Shown piece after piece: positions 9,863 to 18,000 of a stretch of 64,000 nt of DNA; the stretch's first letter is position 1; each line of letters opens with the position of its first letter. The stretch is from Crinalium sp. (GTDB lineage Bacteria > Cyanobacteriota > Cyanobacteriia > Elainellales > Elainellaceae), in NCBI GenBank assembly GCA_036703095.1, contig DATNPS010000014.1, forward strand, positions 3,822-67,821. The letters are read 5' to 3'. The notes beneath the pieces are model-generated. The model had not been told where the DNA came from. It did no database searches and saw nothing but the letters and a program-made list of their open reading frames with translations. A program made the translations under genes and the position numbers.

Positions 9863-10597
9863 ATGATACAAGCTATTTCTCGCCCCAAGTCTGACGATTG
9901 TGCTAATCAAGCTGTAAGGAAAGCTATAAGATCACACATTCTGCTGATCGAAAGTGAGAGCGAATTAGCTCAGCTAGTCGCCCAAGAACTTGATCGTGAA
10001 GGGTATCACGTTAGCTTGGTTGAAGATGGCACGAGTGGATTAATAGCTGCTCGCCAAACTAACCCGAATTTGATTATCGTGGCTTGGGCTCTTTCAGGGG
10101 TATCCTGTGTAGAGTTTTGTCATCGGCTACGCTCGACCTACAACTATGTGCCCATTATTGTATTAACTCGTGAAGGACAGGTTCGCGAACGAGTCATGGG
10201 TTTAGATGCAGGGGCGAGTGATTGCCTGAGCAAACCCTTTGTTGTAGAAGAACTAATTGCTAGAGTTCGGGCGCACTTAAGACAAGGCCCCAAAGACGCG
10301 CATCTCCTACAATTTGAGCAACTCGTTCTTAATCAGAAGACACGTCAAGCCTACTACAAAGATCAAGAAATTGAGCTAACAGCGAAAGAGTTCGATCTGT
10401 TGGGATATTTGATGCGGCATCCCTTACAAGTATTGACCCGTGACCAAATTCTAGGTGGTGTTTGGGGTTACGAAAATTTTGCGGCTTCAAATGTGATTGA
10501 AGTTTATATTCGATACTTGCGAATCAAGTTAGAGGCACAAGGTGCAAAAAATTTGATTCATACAGTTAGAAGTGTGGGGTACGTATTGAGACTCTAA
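9863..10597 (+). CDS. OmpR/PhoB-family winged-helix regulator with an atypical receiver (phospho-acceptor Asp replaced by Ala)
   Basis: The receiver reads ILLIESESELAQL...NPNLIIVAWALSGVSCVEF...PIIVLTR...LSKPF. The canonical DD pair is ES, and the LD acceptor position is VA (Ala74, codon 10082..10084). The C-terminal winged helix is ELTAKEFDLLGYLMRHP...VIEVYIRYLRIKL...IHTVRSVGYVL. Confidence 0.85.
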   Translation: MIQAISRPKSDDCANQAVRKAIRSHILLIESESELAQLVAQELDREGYHVSLVEDGTSGLIAARQTNPNLIIVAWALSGVSCVEFCHRLRSTYNYVPIIVLTREGQVRERVMGLDAGASDCLSKPFVVEELIARVRAHLRQGPKDAHLLQFEQLVLNQKTRQAYYKDQEIELTAKEFDLLGYLMRHPLQVLTRDQILGGVWGYENFAASNVIEVYIRYLRIKLEAQGAKNLIHTVRSVGYVLRL

Positions 10598-10600
10598 TAA

Positions 10601-10696
10601 CTAAGTAAGTAGAAGGGCTACTTACTTAGGTAACCAGAATTAAACAACATTATAAAAACCGGGGGAGTGCTCCTTCGGGGCACTCCCCCGGTTTTT
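10601..10696. repeat. Tandem hairpins after the regulator gene: CTAAGTAAGTAG-AAGGG-CTACTTACTTAG (10601..10629) and AAAAA-CCGGGGGAGTGC-TCCT-TCGGGGCACTCCCCCGG-TTTTT (10654..10696)
   Basis: Both stems are perfect. The second is the same family as 1997..2037, and the first matches the TAAGTAGG/CCTACTTA arms that flank that copy. Confidence 0.6.
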
Positions 10697-10764
10697 AATT
10701 ACGACCATCCACTTATCATATTCAGTCTTTTTTCTGTTCACACCATTAAGGAAAACTCAAAACT

Positions 10765-11304
10765 ATGCATTCACAAGCAGCTCAAACCAACACTACTGCT
10801 GACGAGTCGGCGATCCGTGCTTTCCATCGTCAGATGATTGATGCTTGGAACCGAGGTAGCGGCGAAGGCTTCGCTGCCCCATTCAGTGAAACTGCCGATT
10901 TCCTCACGTTCGAGGGTACGCATCTCAAGGGTCGAAAAGAAATCGCTGCATTTCATCAGCAAGCGTTCGACACGGTTGTTAAAGGAACACGTCTGGAGGG
11001 CGAGGTGAACTTTGTACGCTTCGTGAACTCACAACTCGCGCTCATGCACGTATTTATCAGGGTAATACTGCCCGGACAAACCGAAGCTTCACCGTCACGA
11101 GATTCCCTGCCGCTATACGTCGTAACGAAACGCGACGAAGGTTGGCAGATCGAAGGGTTACTTAATACCCGGAAGTTAACGCTAGAACGCCAATTCTTCT
11201 TAGACGACTTTGACTCACTGAGCGCAGAGGCTCAACGTCAAGTGACTGACTTTGTTTCAGACCTGAAACAGCGCCATCGAGCTAATCAATCACAGGAGAT
11301 GTAA
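10765..11304 (+). CDS. SnoaL-like/NTF2-fold protein (SgcJ/EcaC-type)
   Basis: DESAIRAFHRQMIDAWNRGSGEGFAAPFSETADFLTFEGTHLKGRKEIAAFHQQAF is the typical N-terminal pattern of DUF4440/SgcJ-EcaC proteins. Confidence 0.7.
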   Translation: MHSQAAQTNTTADESAIRAFHRQMIDAWNRGSGEGFAAPFSETADFLTFEGTHLKGRKEIAAFHQQAFDTVVKGTRLEGEVNFVRFVNSQLALMHVFIRVILPGQTEASPSRDSLPLYVVTKRDEGWQIEGLLNTRKLTLERQFFLDDFDSLSAEAQRQVTDFVSDLKQRHRANQSQEM

Positions 11305-12693
11305 GTGAACGTTGAATACTACGATGACATTATTATCGGTGGTGGCAAAGCGGGTAAAACACTGGCACCTGCGTTAGTTGCGGCTGGACGAAAAACTGCT
11401 CTGGTTGAACGCAGCTTAAATATGATTGGGGGCGGGTGTATTAACATTGCTTGCATTCCTACCAAAACGATGGTGGCGAGCGCAGAGGCAGCTCATACAG
11501 TCCGGCATAGCGCTGCCTATGGTGTGAAAACCAACGCACCTACGGTAGACCTCGCAACGGTCATTCAACGCAAGCGATTGGTGGTGGAAGCGGCACGGGC
11601 AGCGAACTTACATAATCTTGAAACGGCTCTCGGCCACGATCTCATCATTGGCACAGCGCGGTTTGTTGCTCCTAAAACTATTGAGGTGGCAACAGCGGAG
11701 AGTATCATTCGCCATCTCACCGCCGAGCGGCTGTTTATCAATACTGGCACACGCCCATTGATTCCACCCGTACCGGGACTTAAAGAAACCGGATTTTTGA
11801 CGAGTGAGTCAATCATGGAGCTAGAACAGTTGCCTGAGCATCTGCTCATTATGGGCAGTGGTTACATTGGGCTAGAGTTTGCCCAGATGTTCCAACGCTT
11901 TGGCTGTCGCGTCACGGTGATTGGGCAAAGTGGGCGAATCTTGTCGCAGCAAGACCCAGATATCGCGATCGCTGTTCAAACTCTCCTACAACGAGACGGC
12001 ATTGATTTTTTGCTGACGTCTAAAGTATTAAACGTCGATCGTGTGGGTCATGAAACCAGTCTTCAGATCCAGGTTGCTGATCGTGAGATGAGTTTGCGAG
12101 GTTCGCATTTGCTCGTCGCAGTCGGGCGATTGCCAAACAGTGATTCCTTAAATTTAGCCGCTGCGGGTATAGAAGCAGATGCTCGCGGTTTTATTCCCGT
12201 CAACCATCGCTTAGAAACCAACGTACCGGGAATTTGGGCATTGGGCGACATCAATGGTGGGCCACAATATACCCATGTGGCGCTGGACGATTATCGGATT
12301 ATCAGAACCAACTTGATTGAGGGTGGCAACCGCAGCACACGCGATCGCCCCATTCCCTCCTGCTTGTTTATTGATCCAGAACTGGCTCATGTCGGTTTAA
12401 CTGAAACCGAAGCACGACAACAAGGATATACGATTCGAGTGGCAAAGCTAAATGCATCCGACGTTCCGCGAGCAAAAACGCTGGGTCAAATGGATGGACT
12501 GCTCAAGGCGATTGTGGATGTTGAAAGCGATCGCATTCTCGGTTGTTCCTTGTTGTGTCATGCAGCAGGTGAAATGATTTCGACCGTGCAGATGGTGATG
12601 CAAGCTCAAATGCCCTACACCGTTTTGCGCGATGGTGTGTTGACCCATCCCACCATGACCGAAGGGTTGAATCTATTGTTCTCAAAGCTGTGA
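11305..12693 (+). CDS. Class-I pyridine nucleotide-disulfide oxidoreductase (mercuric-reductase/dihydrolipoamide-dehydrogenase-like flavoprotein, no NmerA domain)
   Basis: The FAD fold is DIIIGGGKAGKT and the redox-active CxxxxC is GGGCINIACIPTK. The NAD fold is LLIMGSGYIGLEFAQ. Also present are GDINGGPQYTH and the dimerisation-domain motif THPTMTEGL. The GTG start directly abuts the upstream stop (TAAGTG). Confidence 0.85.
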   Translation: MNVEYYDDIIIGGGKAGKTLAPALVAAGRKTALVERSLNMIGGGCINIACIPTKTMVASAEAAHTVRHSAAYGVKTNAPTVDLATVIQRKRLVVEAARAANLHNLETALGHDLIIGTARFVAPKTIEVATAESIIRHLTAERLFINTGTRPLIPPVPGLKETGFLTSESIMELEQLPEHLLIMGSGYIGLEFAQMFQRFGCRVTVIGQSGRILSQQDPDIAIAVQTLLQRDGIDFLLTSKVLNVDRVGHETSLQIQVADREMSLRGSHLLVAVGRLPNSDSLNLAAAGIEADARGFIPVNHRLETNVPGIWALGDINGGPQYTHVALDDYRIIRTNLIEGGNRSTRDRPIPSCLFIDPELAHVGLTETEARQQGYTIRVAKLNASDVPRAKTLGQMDGLLKAIVDVESDRILGCSLLCHAAGEMISTVQMVMQAQMPYTVLRDGVLTHPTMTEGLNLLFSKL

Positions 12694-12751
12694 GGTAGTC
12701 AGTGAAGACTGGTTAATGCTTAAACCAATAAAGGCTGTCGCTGCCTATTGA

Positions 12752-12889
12752 CATCACTATTGTTCCACCATCAGATCCTCAGTCCTAGTGCCCTTTGACG
12801 AGACTACCAGTGCTGGTGGAAAGGCGATCGCAATTCAGTCAGATGTGTCCAAAAAGCATTGCTTAATGTATTCGACTCCATTCACTTAA
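12752..12889 (+). pseudogene. Possible fragment of a short-chain dehydrogenase/reductase
   Basis: The translation ...VLVPFDETTSAGGKAIAIQSDVSKK... resembles the GGKA-A-QADVS segment that follows the cofactor-binding fold of SDRs. There is no TGxxxGIG upstream and no catalytic YxxxK downstream. Confidence 0.3.
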
Positions 12890-12914
12890 TCGTTAACTTT
12901 TAAGGAGTAATCTC

Positions 12915-13784
12915 ATGACAACATTTCACACTGTTTCGATCGAAGGTTTAGACATTTTTTATCGTGAAGCAGGTTCCCGTGACAATCCAACCATTTTGCT
13001 GCTGCACGGCTTTCCGACTTCATCGCACATGTTCCGTAATCTGATGACTGCGTTAGCTGATCAATTCCATCTGGTTGCACCGGATTATCCCGGTTACGGC
13101 AACAGTTCAATGCCAACGGTGGATGAGTTTGACTACACGTTTGACCATATGGCGGAGATTATGGAGAAATTTATTACCGCGATCGATCTTCAGAAATACA
13201 GCCTTTACGTAATGGATTATGGTGCTCCGATCGGCTATCGCATTGCAGCAAAATATCCAGAGCGGGTGCAGGCTCTGATTGTCCAAAATGGGAATGCCTA
13301 CGAGGAAGGTCTGCGCGAATTTTGGGACCCGATCAAGGCTTACTGGCACGAGCGATCGCCCGAAAATGCGAGTAAACTCACGTACCTCGTCACCCTGGAT
13401 GCAACGAAGTGGCAATATACTAACGGCGTTCGCAATTTGGACGCAATCAGTCCCGATACCTGGAACCTGGATCAACATTTCCTCGATCGCCCCGGCAATG
13501 CTGAAATTCAGTTAGCGTTGCTGTACAGCTATGGAACAAATCCACCGTTATATCCGCAATGGCAGGAGTATTTCCGCCAGCATCAACCTCCAACTCTAAT
13601 TGTTTGGGGTCAGAACGACTACATCTTCCCTGCTGATGGGGCTTACCCATATAAGCGCGATTTGAAAGACATTGAGTTTCACTTACTGGATACGGGACAT
13701 TTTGCCCTGGAAGAGGATGGAGAGGCGATCGCCAACCACATCCGTCAATTTCTCGCGTCGCGGCTGCAACCTATTCCTGCTTAA
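12915..13784 (+). CDS. Alpha/beta-fold hydrolase (epoxide hydrolase/haloalkane dehalogenase-like)
   Basis: 289 aa with an AAGGAG SD. Motifs are [19 protein letters not shown], the nucleophile elbow YVMDYGAP (Asp-type), and a C-terminal DTGHFALEE. Confidence 0.85.
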   Translation: MTTFHTVSIEGLDIFYREAGSRDNPTILLLHGFPTSSHMFRNLMTALADQFHLVAPDYPGYGNSSMPTVDEFDYTFDHMAEIMEKFITAIDLQKYSLYVMDYGAPIGYRIAAKYPERVQALIVQNGNAYEEGLREFWDPIKAYWHERSPENASKLTYLVTLDATKWQYTNGVRNLDAISPDTWNLDQHFLDRPGNAEIQLALLYSYGTNPPLYPQWQEYFRQHQPPTLIVWGQNDYIFPADGAYPYKRDLKDIEFHLLDTGHFALEEDGEAIANHIRQFLASRLQPIPA

Positions 13785-13838
13785 GGAGAAGCTGAAGACG
13801 TAAAGGCCATCGCTCAACGTGCAAGATTGGCGAAAATT

Positions 13839-13893
13839 TATCGGAAATTGGTTTGTAGTGCGGCTGAGCCGCACTACAAACCAATTTCCGATA
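13839..13893. repeat. Perfect 26-bp-arm palindrome (TATCGGAAATTGGTTTGTAGTGCGGC-TGA-reverse complement) after the hydrolase gene
   Basis: Arms 13839..13864 and 13868..13893 are exact reverse complements. Confidence 0.7.
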
Positions 13894-14018
13894 AAGTCTA
13901 TTATTTATCGCATGGATTTCGTATATATAAATCATTGATTGCATAAATATTCTGCCCGGTTTATCTTCAAGTTGTAGAGCAACAAACCTAATTCTTGAGT
14001 TCTCAGAAGGTAAGTCTT

Positions 14019-14831
14019 ATGAATGTTTTGATTGTCTATGCTCATCCTGAACCACAATCTCTTAACGCGTCATTGAAAAATCTAGCCGTGAGAGTTTTGA
14101 CGGAAGCTGGACATTCAGTGCAGGTATCGGATTTATATGCAATGCATTGGAAGCCATCGATCGATGGAGCAGATTTTTTGAACCGCATTAATCCCGATCG
14201 CTTAGATATCATCAAAGAATCGGGTAAAGCCTTTGCTGAAGGTAGTCAAACCAACGATGTCATTGGTGAGCAGGAGAAATTGCGCTGGGCAGATGCAGTA
14301 ATTTTTCAATTTCCTTACTGGTGGTTTTCCATGCCTGCGATTATGAAAGGTTGGGTTGAACGGGTCTTTGCCTATGGATTTGCTTATGGCGTAGGTGGCA
14401 ATAATCGCAAGCGATATGGTGAGGGCAATCTGAAAGGCAAACGTGCTATGTTATCGATCACCATTGGTGCTCCCGAAAAAGATTATTCAGAACGGGGAAT
14501 CAACGGTGCGATCGCCGATCTCCTTTTCCCAATTCACCACGGTATTCTCTTCTTTCCTGGCATGAGTGTGCTGCCACCATTTCTCATTTATAGCGCAGGT
14601 CATTTAACTGCGGCAGATTACAAGCAAGTTGAGGCAGATTACAAAGTGCGGTTACTGAATTTGTTTACAACGAACCCTATCCCTTTTCGCAGCCAAAATG
14701 GTGGTGATTATGATGATGATTATCAACTGAAGTCAGGACTTGAAGGACATCACACAGGATTAAAAATTCATCAGTCTATAGATTCAAAGACACGAAAAGC
14801 AATTAAAAATTACAGCAAAGAAGTAGCTTAA
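14019..14831 (+). CDS. NQO1 (DT-diaphorase)-like NAD(P)H:quinone oxidoreductase, long form with C-terminal domain
   Basis: Motifs are MNVLIVYAHPEPQSLNASLKN, VSDLYAMHWKP, EQEKLRWADAVIFQFPYWWFSMPAIMKGWVERVF, KRAMLSITIG, LLFPIHHGILFFPG and GHHTGLKIHQSI. These track the mammalian NQO1 sequence as I remember it along its whole ~270 aa. The track ORF starts at TTG 13995. ATG 14019 is more plausible. Confidence 0.85.
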   Translation: MNVLIVYAHPEPQSLNASLKNLAVRVLTEAGHSVQVSDLYAMHWKPSIDGADFLNRINPDRLDIIKESGKAFAEGSQTNDVIGEQEKLRWADAVIFQFPYWWFSMPAIMKGWVERVFAYGFAYGVGGNNRKRYGEGNLKGKRAMLSITIGAPEKDYSERGINGAIADLLFPIHHGILFFPGMSVLPPFLIYSAGHLTAADYKQVEADYKVRLLNLFTTNPIPFRSQNGGDYDDDYQLKSGLEGHHTGLKIHQSIDSKTRKAIKNYSKEVA

Positions 14832-14844
14832 CGTGAGTCTCCAA

Positions 14845-14883
14845 CAAGGGGGGTAGTAGTGCAGCGCACTACTACCCCCCTTG
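14845..14883. repeat. Perfect 18-bp-arm palindrome CAAGGGGGGTAGTAGTGC-AGC-GCACTACTACCCCCCTTG after the NQO1-like gene
   Basis: Exact reverse-complement arms lie 14 nt after the stop. Confidence 0.7.
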
Positions 14884-14911
14884 GGAAAACGAAAAGAAAA
14901 CACGTTTTCTT

Positions 14912-15123
14912 AGGAATTCGATGAACGGGCTTTTATAGCAATCGAGGGGTTAGTTAGGACGGGGTGCAGGGGTGGAACCCCTGGCCAGGGGCGCAGCCCC
15001 AATACTCCCTGTCCTAACCATCTCAACGGTTGCTATAGAGGTGATGCGCGCCGCGCGTCACCTCTAAAAGCCTGATTTTGCGTGCGCGACGCGCACGCAA
15101 AATCAGGTTTTGGAATTTACGTC
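14912..15123. mobile_element. Composite GAATTC-ended palindromic element (family 1) carrying nested inserts: a family-2 element (14953..15018), palindrome GGTGATGCGCG-C-CGCGCGTCACC (15040..15062) and palindrome TGATTTTGCGTGCGCGACGCGCACGCAAAATCA (15073..15105)
   Basis: The ends AGGAATTCGATGA and GGAATTTACGT match the termini of the other four family-1 copies. The inner arm GGGCTTTTATAGCAA pairs with TTGCTATAGA...TCTAAAAGCC, which is itself split by the 15040 palindrome. Confidence 0.6.
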
Positions 15124-15126
15124 AGC

Positions 15127-16050
15127 TTAAGATTTTTTTGGAGCTTCAATTGCTGCCGCCACTTCCCTGAGTGTATTTCTCAACCAAAGATGTCCTGGAT
15201 CTTTGCTTAAACGTTGATGCCATAGCATTCCCAACGGGAATTTGCGCTGGGGAAAGGGTGGTTCGTAAGCAATCAGATCCGTCAATTGCTGGAACATCTC
15301 CACCAATCGACGGGGTAGAACCGCAATATAATCGGTCTGAGCCAACACGATCGGAGCTAACAGAAAACTCGGCACGGTAAATGCAACACGTCGCTTTAAA
15401 CCCATTTCTGCCAAAATTTCATCCACAAATCCGGTTGCATCACCTGTACGTGAGATTAACAACTGTGGTGTGGCGACAAAAGATTCCATAGTCAATGGTT
15501 TAACTGCCAGAGGATGTCCTTTTCGCATGACACAGAGAAATCCCCCAGGTTCTAGCAAATGTTGGTGCTCAAACTGAGGCTGGAAAGACTCAAAGGGAGC
15601 GATCGCCAAATCGACCGCGTCTTCATCCAGCAATTTCATTCCCCACGCATCGTCCGCATAGATTAATCGCAAGTCAATGTTTGGGGCTTCCCGACTCAGT
15701 TTTACACCAAGACTGGGTAATAAAATCGATGCAGCAAAGTCATTGGTTGCTAGCTTGAATGTGCGACTGGTAGTAGCAGGATCAAAAACTTGAGGTTCCA
15801 ACGCAGTCTGGATTTGCATTAAGGCTTGTCGCAGCGGAACAGCTAGTTCCTGTGCTTTGCGCGTTGGCTGCATTTGGTCGGCACGACGAATGAACAAATC
15901 GTCTTTGAGTAGATGTCGCAAACGATTGAGTGCTGCACTTACCGCAGGTTGACTTAACCCAATGCGCTCTCCTGCCCGCGTCACATGGCGTTCAGCCATG
16001 AGTGCATCAAACACAACCAGTAGATTCAGATCGACCCCTGCCAAATCCAT
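15127..16050 (-). CDS. LysR-family transcriptional regulator
   Basis: 307 aa. The N-terminal HTH is DLNLLVVFDALMAERHVTRAGERIGLSQPAVSAALNRLR, followed by a LysR substrate-binding domain. Confidence 0.9.
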   Translation of the reverse strand: MDLAGVDLNLLVVFDALMAERHVTRAGERIGLSQPAVSAALNRLRHLLKDDLFIRRADQMQPTRKAQELAVPLRQALMQIQTALEPQVFDPATTSRTFKLATNDFAASILLPSLGVKLSREAPNIDLRLIYADDAWGMKLLDEDAVDLAIAPFESFQPQFEHQHLLEPGGFLCVMRKGHPLAVKPLTMESFVATPQLLISRTGDATGFVDEILAEMGLKRRVAFTVPSFLLAPIVLAQTDYIAVLPRRLVEMFQQLTDLIAYEPPFPQRKFPLGMLWHQRLSKDPGHLWLRNTLREVAAAIEAPKKS

Positions 16051-16201
16051 AAGCAGACCAACGTAATAGAACTCTAGCTAAGTAGAGTACCTTAATTAAA
16101 TATAAAACCCCAAAACCTGCACCCACCGCGTGGTTTTTTAGATTTTCTATTGACTAAGACCACCTACTTACAGGGGTTTTCAATCGCTTAAAACTCAGTT
16201 G

Positions 16202-16240
16202 TTTTTTGAAGAGCTGTGCTACGCGCGGCTCTCCAAAAAA
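16202..16240. repeat. Hairpin TTTTTTGAAGAGC / 13-nt loop / GCTCTCCAAAAAA inside the LysR-hydrolase divergent region
   Basis: A 13-bp stem with one mismatch. The neighbouring motif CTAAGACCACCTACTTACAG (16162..) recurs as CTAAGACCACTCACTTATAG at 2386.. . Confidence 0.4.
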
Positions 16241-16511
16241 TAACCGTGGTTTACTCAAGAGAGAATCGCTGTAATATCCCCGAAAGTCATAGAATCATTC
16301 GCTCTTTCGTTGAAAAAGCGATCGCCCCATTACAGGCATGGCTTTACAGGGTGCACTGCTTTAGCCCAGATCTAGGATCACTCTAACCCTGGTGTCACAA
16401 ACCTGGTCACACCGCTCTTCCGCAATAATCTTCAAAAAACTCGCAACTTTTTCCTAGATTTAGAACTTACTGTCCTCCTACGCTGAGAGCAGGTTTGACA
16501 GGAGCAAGAAC

Positions 16512-17240
16512 ATGAAAATTGAACAAACCGACGTGATCATTTCGACACCGGATGGACAGATGCCTGCCGTCCTGGTTGCACCCAGTCGTCCATCAGAACC
16601 GTCCCCCGCTGTGCTTCTGCTAATGGAGGCGTTTGGAGTTACGTCACACATACAAGATGTAGCAACCCAAATTGCGAATGAAGGGTATGTTGTTTTGATT
16701 CCAGACTTATACTACCGGGAATTGCCCAACAACAAGTTTGGCTATGATGAAGTAGATCAGGCAATGGCAATGATGTGGAGATTGAATTTTGGTCAACCCA
16801 TGGAAAATGACCTGAAAGCCGCCCTGACGTATTTGAAAACGCTTGCCAATGGATATGTCAATCGCATTGGGGTGACTGGATTTTGCCTGGGAGGGGGACT
16901 GTCTTTTCTAACGGCTTGCCGATTCTCCAATGAAATTGCTGCTGTCGCTCCCTTTTACGGCATGGTGCTTGACGAGTGGATTGATGCAGTCAAGGATATT
17001 ACCGTTCCCACGTATTTGTTTTTTGGAGGAAGAGATTCATTTATTCCGGGCGATCGCATCCAGCAAATTGACACCCGCTTTCGAGAACTGGGGAAAGACT
17101 ACAAACTGAAAATCTATCCTGATGCCGGACATGGCTTTTTCTGTAACGAGCGATCGGATTACAACCCCAATGCTGCCGCCGATGCCTGGGCAGAGTTAAA
17201 GCAGTTTTTTGAAAAATATTTATCAAACAAATTCGACTAA
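16512..17240 (+). CDS. Dienelactone hydrolase family protein
   Basis: 242 aa. Motifs are AVLLLMEAFGVTSHIQDVATQIANEGYVVLIPDLYYR, the nucleophile motif GVTGFCLGG, and a C-terminal YPDAGHGF. Confidence 0.85.
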   Translation: MKIEQTDVIISTPDGQMPAVLVAPSRPSEPSPAVLLLMEAFGVTSHIQDVATQIANEGYVVLIPDLYYRELPNNKFGYDEVDQAMAMMWRLNFGQPMENDLKAALTYLKTLANGYVNRIGVTGFCLGGGLSFLTACRFSNEIAAVAPFYGMVLDEWIDAVKDITVPTYLFFGGRDSFIPGDRIQQIDTRFRELGKDYKLKIYPDAGHGFFCNERSDYNPNAAADAWAELKQFFEKYLSNKFD

Positions 17241-17270
17241 AATTACCGGAACTGCCATGAAGATACCTAC

Positions 17271-17378
17271 GTAAATTCGATAGCGCCATTTCCGCCGCCC
17301 GTTGGGTAGCGGAAATGGCGCAAATTGGTATCCCGTGCGTCGTGCGGGATACCAATTTGCACATTCGTTGAATTCAAG
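17271..17378. mobile_element. Family-1 GAATTC-ended modular palindromic element (two internal hairpins)
   Basis: The layout is GTAAATTCGATAG, hairpin GCGCCATTTCCGC/GCGGAAATGGCGC, hairpin AAATTGGTATCCCG/CGGGATACCAATTT, then CGTTGAATTCAAG. Confidence 0.6.
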
Positions 17379-17397
17379 TTAAACCCGGAAGGTTCAG

Positions 17398-17995
17398 CTA
17401 TCGGACTGCTGTGAATTTGCGGAGGGGTTGGATAACCACCAGCATGAACCGTCCAGGCACATCGACTTTGAATTCCACCATCGTTGCAACCTCAGGAGGA
17501 ACATTAGTCGTCTGGACGTTGGTCATCGGTGCAGAGGTGAGTGAGGCTTCAGGGTAAACGCGATCGAACACTTCACCAATCATATGGAAGGCAGAAGTAT
17601 AGTTCGGGCCACCAACGCCGAAGAAGATGCGAACCGTTTCACCGACTTTGGCATGAAGGGGAGATTTTTCTGCCAGTGCTTTCGATGCTCCATTGAACAC
17701 AAAGTAGGAAGGTTGTTCGCTCAGCAGCTTATCGACGCTGAATTCTTGGTTACCGCGATCGCTAGCCGCTTGAACCGTATAAAGTTCACCTTGCATCACG
17801 TAAAATTCGCGATCGACTTTGGATAAACCACCTTCGGGTTCTACCAAAATCAGACCATACATGCCATTGATAATGTGATGTGCCACCATTGGCGTTGCAC
17901 AGTGGTAAACATACAGGCCAGGGTTAATGGGCTTAAAGGTAAAGACTTTTCCATCACCCGGAGATGCTTGCGTCAACGCTCTTGAGCTAGCGTTG
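17398..17995 (-). pseudogene. nirK: Copper-containing nitrite reductase (NirK) remnant, truncated at both ends
   Basis: The 192-codon ORF begins at TTG. It contains FKPINPGLYVYHCATPMVAHHIINGMYGLILVEP (the His-Cys...His...Met copper-ligand loop) and domain-2 sequence up to VEFKVDVPGRFMLV. The first ~110 residues, which carry the N-terminal Cu-ligand histidines, are absent. The C-terminus diverges (VVIQPLRKFTAVR) where VDH... is expected. Confidence 0.75.
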
Positions 17996-18000
17996 TTAAC

